Shown piece after piece: positions 9,269 to 18,037 of a stretch of DNA of 64,000 nucleotides. Position numbers and translations under genes: made by a program. How positions within the stretch are numbered: position 1 is the first letter of the stretch; each line of letters begins with the position of its first letter. The stretch lies in NCBI GenBank assembly GCA_041391605.1, contig JAWKNQ010000002.1, positions 21,417 through 85,416 of the forward strand, written 5' to 3'. Below the pieces are notes generated by a model, which made no database searches, was not told the origin of the DNA, and saw only the letters and a list, made by a program, of their open reading frames with translations. Source of the stretch: Bacteroidia bacterium (lineage in GTDB: Bacteria > Bacteroidota > Bacteroidia > NS11-12g > UBA955).

Positions 9269-9708
9269 TTAAAATAACACTCTTATTTTATAGACCTGAT
9301 ACATACAGGAGGTGATTTTATACCGTTCAACAATATTTCCTTTAATAAATAAAGTTGATTGACCAAGATTAGTTGTTACAGTTATCATTTAATTTTTATT
9401 GTTACACCAATGAGTCGATATTGCTGTGACAGAACAACATTTGTGCACCTGGTGCAACAGGTTCTTTACTAAAATTTGGGACAGTGCATCCACATGAAGC
9501 ATTTGCATTGCTGATGATGATAAATTGCTGCCATTATTCTTAAATGTAAATGTATGTTTTGCTTTTGTACCTTGTACAATTTCTCCAAAATCATGAGTGG
9601 TTTTAGAATAATTTCTAATTTGATTTGGTTCTTGATCATACAAATTCTGATGAATTCGCTGGTGAAATAGTTAAAGCTGCAATTAGATTATGTAAATATT
9701 GATATCAT
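9269..9708 (-). pseudogene. DUF1573 domain protein, frameshifted (paralogue A)
   Basis: KTTHDFGEIVQGTKAKHTFTFKNNGSN in one frame, IIISNANASCGCTVPNFSKEPVAPGAQ in another, then ITVTTNLGQSTLFIKGNIV. Confidence 0.7.
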
Positions 9709-9769
9709 ACGTTATGTGTTTGAATGGAAAAAATACCAAAAAATTTATATTGCCGAAAAATATTTTTAA

Positions 9770-10157
9770 TTATTTTTTAATATTCGCTTTAATGAATGAA
9801 TTCATAAAGCCCCTGATTGGTATAAACTGCTATAGTTTTAAGTGTTGTTTTCTCTTTCCTTTGGGGCTGAACTCAACGCGTGAATTATTGAAGAGTCTCC
9901 AACTTGTATGGGGCTACGAGACCAGTTAGGGACAATGCAGCCGCAGGATGGCGCGAAAATGTTTTCAATTAAAACTGATGTATCGCCTTTATTCCGCTAA
10001 ATAAAATCAGTGAAACATTGATGATCATTCTGAAATATGTGAAATCGTGAACTGTTTTGTTCCAAACAAGTATTTTATCCTGATTTGGCTTTGAAAGCCC
10101 ATAGCCAAAGACATATAGTTACAAGTACTGAGGATAATATGTTTTATTTGGACGCAT
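9770..10157 (-). pseudogene. DUF1573 domain protein, frameshifted (paralogue B)
   Basis: Fragments KTVHDF, NKGDTSVLIENIFAPSCGCIVPNWSRSPIQVGDSS and KTIAVYTNQG lie in different frames. Ends are approximate. Confidence 0.55.
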
Positions 10158-10208
10158 AAAAAAGTTGCACATTTCTTCAATATGCAGCTTTTATATTAAA
10201 TTGAAAAA

Positions 10209-10702
10209 TTATTTAGACTTAAGTTTCATTGGAGAACCATTTGGAGTCATTGGATCAACACAACTTTTACGGTATACTTCACAATTGAATTTGAATTCTA
10301 GAACCTACCATTTGTGGTAAGTAACAGTTTTGATGTTGTTACCTACTTTTCCATTAGTGTTGAAGATCAACCTTAATTACAGTGCTTTCTCTATCCTGGC
10401 ATAATAGGTGCTTTAGGATACGTTTGGAGTTGTGCATCCACATTGTACTTGATGACTTTTAATTAAAACTGGTCTGTTCCAACATTTGTAAGTGTGAAAG
10501 ATGTTTCAACTTGCTCACCTTCTTTTGCTTTTTCAAAATCGTGAAGCAAATTATCGGCTTTATCGTAGGCTTTGTGAGAAAGGACAATTTTAGCGCTAGT
10601 GTAAGCTTTTTGAAACTTTCTGTAGGCTTTTGTGGGTTTGAAATGCTGAAAGTCCTATAATTAATAGAACAGACAAGCTAAAGTAATGTTAATTTTTTTC
10701 AT
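10209..10702 (-). pseudogene. DUF1573 domain protein, frameshifted (paralogue C)
   Basis: MKKINITLACLF start. LLHDFEKAKEGEQVETSFTLTNVGTDQ, then SHQVQCGCTTPN in a shifted frame. Confidence 0.65.
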
Positions 10703-10915
10703 ATCAATTAATTTATTTTATTACAGGGGTTATTATTTGATTGATTCAGGAAGATGCTTCATCTTTTTGGATTCCTTTTTTCTTTGGTTAGAACTCTTTT
10801 TGTCTTTTTTTGGAAGGCTTTTCACCAGTTAATTGATAGCTGCGATTAGTCTTGTTCATGTTTCCAAATATCCTTATTCACATAGGTTTAAAACTGTTCC
10901 TGTTAGATAAAAAAA

Positions 10916-11293
10916 CTATCGCTCCTTCAGAGGTTGTCCACAGTAATAATCTTTTTTGAAAAATCCTTCTGGCGGCGATATATCTAGCATCATTTTACCC
11001 GTTGATTGAGGTTTGTATACACCTCCTGTCCAATTTGGAGTTGGTAGCCATGAAGCTTGAACATTACCCAATATAAATCTTTTTCCCAACATTTTTAAAT
11101 TCAAACTCATGACTTGCAGGAATATTTTGTTTGATATGCAAAATTATGTTCTAATGTTTTAAATTGAACAATTTCAATGTTTGTTTTATTCTCCAGGTTC
11201 AACTGGGGTTAATGACCAGGAGCCAGTTTCATTGTTTTCTGAGCAAATGTTAAACTCGCAAAAATCGCAAGGGCTAAGTAGTATTTTTTTCAT
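10916..11293 (-). pseudogene. DUF1573 domain protein, frameshifted (paralogue D)
   Basis: MKKILLS start at 11293. NIEIVQFKTLEHNF, then GNVQASWLPTPNWTGGVYKPQSTGKMMLDISPPEGFF. The SCGCT core is degraded to SWLPT. Confidence 0.6.
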
Positions 11294-11480
11294 TTTTACT
11301 TATTTGGTTTTGCAAGTTCAAAACTGTACCATTATTGTATTTCAGTAAGGTTTCTTCAAATCGCTTGATACTTTCGCCAAGTTTTCAAGATATTCGCCTA
11401 CCAAATTCTTTTCCTATCATAATTCAATGATTAATTCATGCTTGAATACTTGTTGCAAAAATGGATGTAGATTTGAATCA

Positions 11481-12229
11481 TTGAAAAACTACTTACGCTA
11501 AAGAAGTTTAGTTCAGCATTTCTTAAATGACGCTAAACCATGCAAAAATGTGGCATTGATTTTTAAAGATCGCTAATGATACCCCAATCCTAGAAGTGGA
11601 CGGGATGGGAATGCTCACAAAATTACAAAGACGTTTCTGCGGTGGAATTAGACCGTGAATCCGTAGCGTATTTGAAAGATCATTATGTAAGTGAAGGTTT
11701 AAAGTTATTTGAAGGAGATTTCTTGGATAAAAGAATGGATGATGTCTTATTAAATAAGGATTTGTTCTTAATTGGAAATTATCCATACAATATTAGTACT
11801 GAAATTGTCTTTAAAGTTATTGATAATAAAGAAAGGGTTAAAGGGTTTGGTGGAATGTTTCAGAAAGAAGTTGCCGAACGATTAGTTTCAGGGCCAGGAA
11901 GTAAAGTGTATGGTATTCCAAGTGTAATCTTAAATACATTTTATACTTGCACATATGAATTTTCTGTAGGACCTGAATCTTTCGACCCGCCTCCCAAAGT
12001 TCAATCTGGGGTTATTAAATGTATTCGCAAAGAAGACTTTGAATTACCTTGTTCGTATAAGCTGTATGCAGATGTGATAAAAACTGCATTCAATCAACGT
12101 CGCAAAACTATTCGGAATGCTTTACATAAATTTAATCTGCAAGAAAGCCATGAATTTGCTAAATTGCGTGCCGAACAGTTAAGTCCTGAGGATTTTATTA
12201 AACTCACCTTATTTCTCGAGAACCAATAA
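11481..12229 (+). pseudogene. rsmA: 16S rRNA (adenine1518/1519-N6)-dimethyltransferase RsmA/KsgA, 5' end disrupted
   Basis: The 3' 195 codons are intact (VELDRESVAYL...NYPYNISTEIVFK...QRRKTIRNAL). The 5' part appears only as frame-hopping fragments: RSLVQHFLND, ILEVDGMGMLTKL. Confidence 0.85.
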
Positions 12230-13587
12230 TGAGTACCCAAATTTCTGAAAAACAGTTGTTGTTGGCAATTCAACCCTTGATTAAGGAGTCTGAGCACGAA
12301 CAAGTGCGCAAACTTCTTGAAGACTATAGGGCAGAAGATATTGGAGACATTTTTTGGGATATTGAGTTTGAAGAGGCCAAGTTTATTATTGATGAAGTTG
12401 AAAGAGAAAAGGCTGTTGATATCATACGTTCTCTAGATACGGAATTAAAAGAGAGGTTTTTTAAAGAGTATGAAGCTAAAGAAATTGCAGATGATGTTAT
12501 TGCTTATTTAGACTCAGATGACGCAGTTGATATCTTAAATCTTTTACCAGCTCAGAAGGCAGAAGAAGTTCTCTCTTATCTTGAAGATCAAGATTATGCA
12601 AAGAACTTGACTAGCATGCTTCATTATGACGATGACATGGCTGGAGGTTTGATGGCTAAAGAATTGGTTCAAGTTAAACACAATTGGACTGTTAGTCAAT
12701 GTATTGAAGAGATTAGAAAACAGGCAGAGGAAGTTGATTCTGTGCATGCGGTTTATGTAGTAGATGATAAAGATATACTAAAAGGCATGGTTTCTTTGAA
12801 AGATATTGTGTTGTCAAAACCTCATATTTCAGTCATTGAAATAACAGATCCTGAATTTATTTCCATTAATGCTTATGCCACGGGAGAAGAAGTGGCAAGG
12901 TTAATGAATAAGTATGATTTGATTACCATACCAGTTGTTGACAGTATGACACGATTAATTGGTCGTATTACTATTGATGATGTGGTCGGGTTTATAAAAG
13001 AAGAAGCTGATAAAGACTTCCAACTACAAGCGGGTTTAAGTGAAAGTGTAGAGAGTGAAGATAAAGTATTAATTTTATCAAGAGCTAGATTACCCTGGCT
13101 TTTAGTTGGATTGATTGGAGGATTGGGAAGCTCTATGTTGGTATCCAATTTTGAAGGAGATATTTCCCTGTTGCCTCAATTGGCTTTTTTTATGCCTGTT
13201 GTAGCTGCCATGGGTGGAAATGCGGGAGTTCAATCTTCTGCAATAATTGTTCAAGGCTTAGCAAATAATACACTTAGAAGTAAAAATATTATACCTAAAC
13301 TCACGAAGGAATTCACAGTTTCACTTATTAATGGCTTAGTGTGTTCTTCTATTCTTTTAATGTTTAATGTGCTAATCGGACATGCTTACGATTTAAGTTT
13401 AGTGGTTAGTTTAGCTTTGATTTCTGTGATAATCTTTGCTTCGTTATTAGGAACTGTCACTCCATTAGTCTTAGAGAAGTTTGAGATTGATCCAGCATTG
13501 GCAACAGGTCCATTTATAACAACTATTAATGATGTTATCGGACTTGGTGTGTATTTTATGTTAGGTAGAATTCTATTAGGCGTTTAA
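12229..13587 (+). CDS. mgtE: Magnesium transporter MgtE
   Basis: MgtE N-domain, two CBS repeats and a C-terminal 5-TM domain with GGNAGVQSSAIIVQGL and PFITTINDVIGL. Confidence 0.9.
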   Translation: MSTQISEKQLLLAIQPLIKESEHEQVRKLLEDYRAEDIGDIFWDIEFEEAKFIIDEVEREKAVDIIRSLDTELKERFFKEYEAKEIADDVIAYLDSDDAVDILNLLPAQKAEEVLSYLEDQDYAKNLTSMLHYDDDMAGGLMAKELVQVKHNWTVSQCIEEIRKQAEEVDSVHAVYVVDDKDILKGMVSLKDIVLSKPHISVIEITDPEFISINAYATGEEVARLMNKYDLITIPVVDSMTRLIGRITIDDVVGFIKEEADKDFQLQAGLSESVESEDKVLILSRARLPWLLVGLIGGLGSSMLVSNFEGDISLLPQLAFFMPVVAAMGGNAGVQSSAIIVQGLANNTLRSKNIIPKLTKEFTVSLINGLVCSSILLMFNVLIGHAYDLSLVVSLALISVIIFASLLGTVTPLVLEKFEIDPALATGPFITTINDVIGLGVYFMLGRILLGV

Positions 13588-13593
13588 TAATTT

Positions 13594-14875
13594 TTGAAAA
13601 CTGTAAGAGCTTATACATTAAAAGGAAGACTGCTTTGTTTTGTTATTCAAGTGCTGTGTTTTCCATTGTCAATAATCAAAGGTAAGAAATGGTTGAAGCC
13701 TAGAGTGTTTGAAGAAAATCCGCGGACTATGACTTTTAAGGATATTATATATTTTTCCTATAAATATTATTATTCTTCTCCGTTAGTTCCAGAAAATCAG
13801 GAGATTGAAAAGCATTTTAGCTCAAGAATTGATTCAAAAATTGACGAATTTCAAACCTTAGTCACTGTGTCAATAGGAGGGGACCTAATGCCTTATGAAT
13901 TGATTAAACCTAAGAACACTCAAAGTTTATGGGATGAGGTTGGACCAGATTTCTTTGCAAGCGATATTGTTTTTGCGAATTTAGAAACTCCTTTTGTAGA
14001 GGCTATACCTGAAAATTTCGTCCCAGAAGTGATGTTGAATAATATGTTATTCAATACAGATCAAAATACCTTTGATGTATTCAATGGAAATAAGAAGTTC
14101 AAGGGATTTGATATTTTGAGTGTTGCCAATAATCACAGTATTGATCAAGGCATAGATGGTTTGGATGAAACAATAAATAAATTAAATTCTCTTGGAATTA
14201 AATCTATTGGGGGTAGAATAAAAAAAGATGATACTGGTTTTGAAGTTGTGGAAGTCAATGGGGTTAAAATTGCATTTTTAGCTTACACATATTCATTAAA
14301 TCAATTCACTCTTGATAAAGACTTGCAATGGAAAGTCAATTATTTGCGATTAAATACTGAAAGTGTGTCAATTGATGAAATTGCACAGGATGCAATTAAA
14401 TGCCGACAAATGGGCGCTGAACTTGTTGTTTGTTCTCTCCACTGCGGAAATGCATATCAAGTGTATCCATCACAACTTACCATAAATTTGTATCAAAATA
14501 TTTTTTCCAATTGTGGTGTAGATGTTATTGCTGGAGGGCATCCACATAATTTACAACCATGGAATTCTTACACATTTAAGGATCCAATTTCAGGAAAAGC
14601 TAAAAGTAGGTTTTGCAATTTATAGTTTGGGAGATTTTATTGCATACGATATATATATTCTTGGTGTCATTTATGTACCTACGTCAAGCTTGAAATAGGT
14701 CGAAATTCGGATGGCGAGGTAGTCTTTAAACCCACAGTTCGACCACTAGTTATGTTGTGAAGAAGAAAGATGATTTAAAACTTTATTATGCAGAACCTCT
14801 TCTTAGCAAAAAGAATTTAACAGTGAATTAAAACACATAAAAGTGCTGTATGAGAAATGTATGGAAGGTACATAA
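13594..14875 (+). pseudogene. CapA family (PGA_cap metallophosphatase-like) protein, 3' end frameshifted
   Basis: Intact to 14625 (GGDLM, FANLETP, SVANNHSIDQG, IAGGHPHNLQP). The tail continues only by frame hops: VGFAIYSLGDFIAYD / LEIGRNSDGEVVFKPTVRPLVML / YVVKKKDDLKLYYAEPLL / ELKHIKVLYEKCMEGT*. The start is TTG 13594 or ATG 13729. Confidence 0.7.
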
Positions 14876-14896
14876 TGCAATGCACCTTCCATGTAA

Positions 14897-15196
14897 TTAG
14901 AATCGATTAATAATTTCCTCTAAATCAGATGAACCAACTACTCCGCTTTGTCTCCAAACTGATTTTCCTTCTTTAAATATCATTAAAGTTGGCACCCCTT
15001 GAATTTGATATTTAGAAGCAAGTGCTTGGTTCCTATCAACATCAATCTTGATGATTTTAATTCTGTCTCCCATTCTAGATTTTAAATCTTCTAAAATTGG
15101 TTTCATTGCCTTGCATGGACCACACCATTCAGCAAAGAAGTCGATTAATACTGGAGTTGTACCTTGAATTATTGATGAAAAAGATTGATTTGACAT
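14897..15196 (-). CDS. trxA: Thioredoxin
   Basis: 99 aa with the WCGPC active site. Last gene of the rhodanese operon. Confidence 0.9.
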   Translation of the reverse strand: MSNQSFSSIIQGTTPVLIDFFAEWCGPCKAMKPILEDLKSRMGDRIKIIKIDVDRNQALASKYQIQGVPTLMIFKEGKSVWRQSGVVGSSDLEEIINRF

Positions 15197-15198
15197 GT

Positions 15199-15516
15199 TT
15201 AGATTTTGTTTTTTAAGCTAGCCCAACCACCTCCGTTATGGACGTTTGTATATCCATTGGACTTCAATATGCTTTTAGCAGAAGCGCTTCGCATTCCTGA
15301 TGCACAACAAGTGATGATTGATTGGTCTTTGTTTTTGAATTTTGATAAGTTTTTAGACAGGGTATCTAGCGGAATGTTTATCGAACCTTTTATGTGACCT
15401 GATGAAAATTCACCTTTTGTTCTAACGTCAACTATAATACCACCGTCGCTTAACATTTGTTTGTAATCAACAGATTGGCTGTTCAAACCGAGGAGTTTTT
15501 TAATTGCTGCAATCAT
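15199..15516 (-). CDS. Single-domain rhodanese sulfurtransferase
   Basis: 105 aa. [10 protein letters not shown] and active-site loop CCASGMRS. Confidence 0.85.
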   Translation of the reverse strand: MIAAIKKLLGLNSQSVDYKQMLSDGGIIVDVRTKGEFSSGHIKGSINIPLDTLSKNLSKFKNKDQSIITCCASGMRSASAKSILKSNGYTNVHNGGGWASLKNKI

Positions 15517-15520
15517 GATA

Positions 15521-15817
15521 TTATACAGTTTGATTTTTAAAATAGTTCACATCTAACCATGATCCGCCATTTACAGATTCAATTCCAACTTGAGAAAGGA
15601 AATTTACGGCTTGACCACTTCTGTTTCCAGATGCACAGCACATAACAAGTGGGGGATTTAATGATTTCAGTTTTTCGATTTGAGCTGGAATTTCATCCAA
15701 TGGAATATTTATAGAACCACTGACATGGCCGCCCATAAATTCACCAACTGTTCTTACATCCACAATTACTGCGTCAGATGTTTTTAAGATTTCTTCTAGA
15801 TTATATTTTGTATTCAT
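15521..15817 (-). CDS. Single-domain rhodanese sulfurtransferase
   Basis: 98 aa. GHVSGSINIP and active-site loop CCASGNRS. Confidence 0.85.
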   Translation of the reverse strand: MNTKYNLEEILKTSDAVIVDVRTVGEFMGGHVSGSINIPLDEIPAQIEKLKSLNPPLVMCCASGNRSGQAVNFLSQVGIESVNGGSWLDVNYFKNQTV

Positions 15818-15857
15818 TATTATTTATTTCGTAATTTATATGCTTTGATTTTTATAT

Positions 15858-17264
15858 TCAATTATTACAAACTGCGGTTTGCTCAATTGGTAACTGTGTT
15901 TCAGAAATTGATTTAAAACCTCCTCTTACTTCACTAAAGTTGTCCCAATTACGCGATTCAAGTATAGATGCAGCAATCATACTGCGATACCCTCCTGCAC
16001 AATGAATAATAAAATGTTTGTTTTTTGGAAATGCTTCAAGATTTGAATTAATTGATTCTAAAGGGATATTGATAGCACCAGCTATATGTCCAAGTTCAAA
16101 TTCTCTAGGATTTCGAATGTCTATAATTGTTTCTTCTGATAAATTTAGACTTTCGAGAGTCTTGGCATATATGCGATCTGTTGTACTAATTTGGTGATTC
16201 GAATTTTTCCATGATTCAAAACCACCATTCAAATAGCCCATACAATTATCATAACCAACTCTAGCCATTCGTGTTATTACTTCTTGCTCACGTCCTTCGT
16301 CGGCAACTATCAATATATTTTGTTTAATGTCAGGTATTAATGAACCCACCCAAGTTGCGAAATTTCCATCAATTCCAATGTTTATTGAATTAGGAATATG
16401 ACCATTTGCGAAGTTTTCAGCATCTCTTGTGTCTAATACCAATGCGTCCATCTCATTTGCAATTGTTTCGAAAGCTTCTGGTGATATAGCATTCATGCCA
16501 CGATCCAAAATTGTGTCTATGCTTTCATATCCATTAATATTCATCAGTACATTTTTAGGGAAGTATGCTGGAGGAGGTGTTAGACCTTCCAAAAGTGCTT
16601 CCATAAATTCTTCTCGACTCATGTCTTTTCTAAGTGCATAGTTTACCTCTTTTTGATGGCCTAAGGTGTCTGTTGTTTCTTTACTCATGTGCTTTCCGCA
16701 TGCACTTCCAGCGCCATGGTTAGGGTAAACAATTAAATCATCACTCAAAGGCATTATTTTATTCCTAAGCGAATCGAACAGTTTTGAAGCAAGAATTTCT
16801 TGAGTTAATTCTGCTTTGACATGTTGTGCTAAATCAGGTCTACCCACATCATTGATAAATAAAGTATCACCCGTTATTATTCCATGCTCTTTGTTATTCT
16901 CATCAATCAACAAATAACATGTGCTTTCCAAAGTGTGCCCTGGAGTATGAATTGCCTTTATGGTGTATTTCCCTAACTTAAACTCTTGACCATCTTCTGC
17001 AATTAAGGCTTCAAAATTTGGACTAGCTGTTGGTCCGTATACAATTGTTGCACCTGTTTTTTTGGCAAGATCTAAATGACCAGAAACAAAATCTGCGTGA
17101 AAATGAGTTTCAAAAATGAATTTTATTTTCGCATTATTTTTCTCAGCCATTTCAATATATGGCTGAACCTCTCTTAGTGGGTCGAATATTGCTGCTTCCC
17201 CTTCGCTTTCTAAATAATATGCTGCATGTGCTATGCATCCAGTGTATATTTGTTCTATCTTCAT
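15858..17264 (-). CDS. MBL-fold persulfide dioxygenase fused to two rhodanese-homology domains (CstB-like)
   Basis: THFHADFVSGH metal motif. The middle rhodanese-like domain has no active-site Cys (LIVADEGREQE). The C-terminal domain has HCAGGYRS. Confidence 0.8.
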   Translation of the reverse strand: MKIEQIYTGCIAHAAYYLESEGEAAIFDPLREVQPYIEMAEKNNAKIKFIFETHFHADFVSGHLDLAKKTGATIVYGPTASPNFEALIAEDGQEFKLGKYTIKAIHTPGHTLESTCYLLIDENNKEHGIITGDTLFINDVGRPDLAQHVKAELTQEILASKLFDSLRNKIMPLSDDLIVYPNHGAGSACGKHMSKETTDTLGHQKEVNYALRKDMSREEFMEALLEGLTPPPAYFPKNVLMNINGYESIDTILDRGMNAISPEAFETIANEMDALVLDTRDAENFANGHIPNSINIGIDGNFATWVGSLIPDIKQNILIVADEGREQEVITRMARVGYDNCMGYLNGGFESWKNSNHQISTTDRIYAKTLESLNLSEETIIDIRNPREFELGHIAGAINIPLESINSNLEAFPKNKHFIIHCAGGYRSMIAASILESRNWDNFSEVRGGFKSISETQLPIEQTAVCNN

Positions 17265-17286
17265 AATAAATATCTAAGTTGTTATG

Positions 17287-17294
17287 CAAAATTA
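17287..17294 (-). promoter_or_regulatory. -7 promoter box TAATTTTG (minus strand)
   Basis: Matches TAnnTTTG. Lies 22 nt upstream of the ATG at 17264. Confidence 0.5.
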
Positions 17295-17315
17295 GGCATG
17301 ACTTTGCATATAAAT

Positions 17316-17331
17316 TGTGATATCTGTCACA
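17316..17331. promoter_or_regulatory. Perfect Crp/Fnr-type palindrome TGTGATATCTGTCACA
   Basis: TGTGA-N6-TCACA. Lies exactly 21 nt upstream of the -7 box of the persulfide dioxygenase operon. Confidence 0.5.
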
Positions 17332-17346
17332 TTGCTCAAACTTGTT

Positions 17347-17844
17347 TTACTCTTTGCCTAAGATTGCTCTGAAAGTTTCCTTTCCTGTCGGGATTTGTTT
17401 TAAGTTGTTGAGAAGTAGAAGCGCTCTTTCTAGCCTTAGATGAGGGCTTTTGACCTGAGAAACGTAAAAGATAATATAGCGTTGCATTCCTGGTTTTAAG
17501 GCATTAAAACGCAAATTCGCTTCATGGTCTTGGCTTAATAATTCCTTCAATTCATCACTAAGTTCCATCCCATATTCACTATTGTCTTTTTCTAAGCGTA
17601 TTGTGATGGAATCTCCAGTTTGAAGTTTTAGTTTCTTTAAACGTGTTTTATTCAGTGTGATATAGCCATTTCCTTCTCCTAAAGAGACAATTCCACATTG
17701 AAACTCTATGGTGTTGTTTGCTTTACAAATCAATCTTCCTGCTTTAAAGCCACCTAGTTTTTGAACGATATTAGAAGGGATAAAAATGTAATTTACACCT
17801 AGTAAATAGTCTAATGAGCCGATATGTGATTGAAATTCAATCAA
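17347..17844 (-). CDS. DUF1905 + YdeI/OmpD-associated family protein
   Basis: GVNYIFIPSNIVQKLGG...RLICKANN (DUF1905-like) and PGMQRYIIFYVSQVKSPHLRLERA (YdeI-like). No ATG is available. A TATTTTTG -7 box at 17864-17871 lies inside the track ORF, so the TTG at 17844 is the likely start. Confidence 0.6.
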   Translation of the reverse strand: MIEFQSHIGSLDYLLGVNYIFIPSNIVQKLGGFKAGRLICKANNTIEFQCGIVSLGEGNGYITLNKTRLKKLKLQTGDSITIRLEKDNSEYGMELSDELKELLSQDHEANLRFNALKPGMQRYIIFYVSQVKSPHLRLERALLLLNNLKQIPTGKETFRAILGKE

Positions 17845-17990
17845 ATAAAAATGGTTAGTTATGCAAAAATACAAAATTATTGTTCAAAATTTTTCGATTT
17901 ATATTGTTGTTAATTGAAACTATTCGATTGTATAAATAGAAACATAACAACCTAATTACCTGGAATTGTTTTCATTTGCAGTTTTGGCCT

Positions 17991-17998
17991 TATCTTTG
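17991..17998 (+). promoter_or_regulatory. -7 promoter box TATCTTTG
   Basis: Matches TAnnTTTG. Lies 40 nt upstream of the ATG at 18038. Confidence 0.4.
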
Positions 17999-18037
17999 CA
18001 TCCGTGAAAACCAAAACGGAAATCAGAACCTATTCAA

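Noticed and set aside
9699-9929. Plus-strand 76-aa ORF, and minus-strand 87-aa ORF at 11523-11786, inside the damaged stretch
   Set aside because: They run antisense to recognisable DUF1573 and rsmA remnants, so they are by-products of the broken frames.
7493-11293. Radical SAM/SPASM enzyme plus several small secreted proteins as a RiPP biosynthetic cluster
   Set aside because: The neighbours are ~130-160-aa DUF1573 domain proteins with signal peptides, not short precursor peptides. No leader-peptidase, transporter or RRE-type gene is present, and the locus is not intact as sequenced.
11300-11450. Possible degraded tatA-like gene on the minus strand (fragments GKEFGRRI / LGESIKRFEETL)
   Set aside because: The similarity rests on about 20 residues read across frames, which is too weak to call.
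14861-14892. Hairpin ATGGAAGGT-14 nt-ACCTTCCAT between the convergent CapA-like and trxA genes as a terminator
   Set aside because: It has a 9-bp stem but a large loop and no flanking T- or A-run. It also overlaps the stitched end of the CapA reading frame. It might still act as a weak bidirectional stop, but this is not supportable as a feature.
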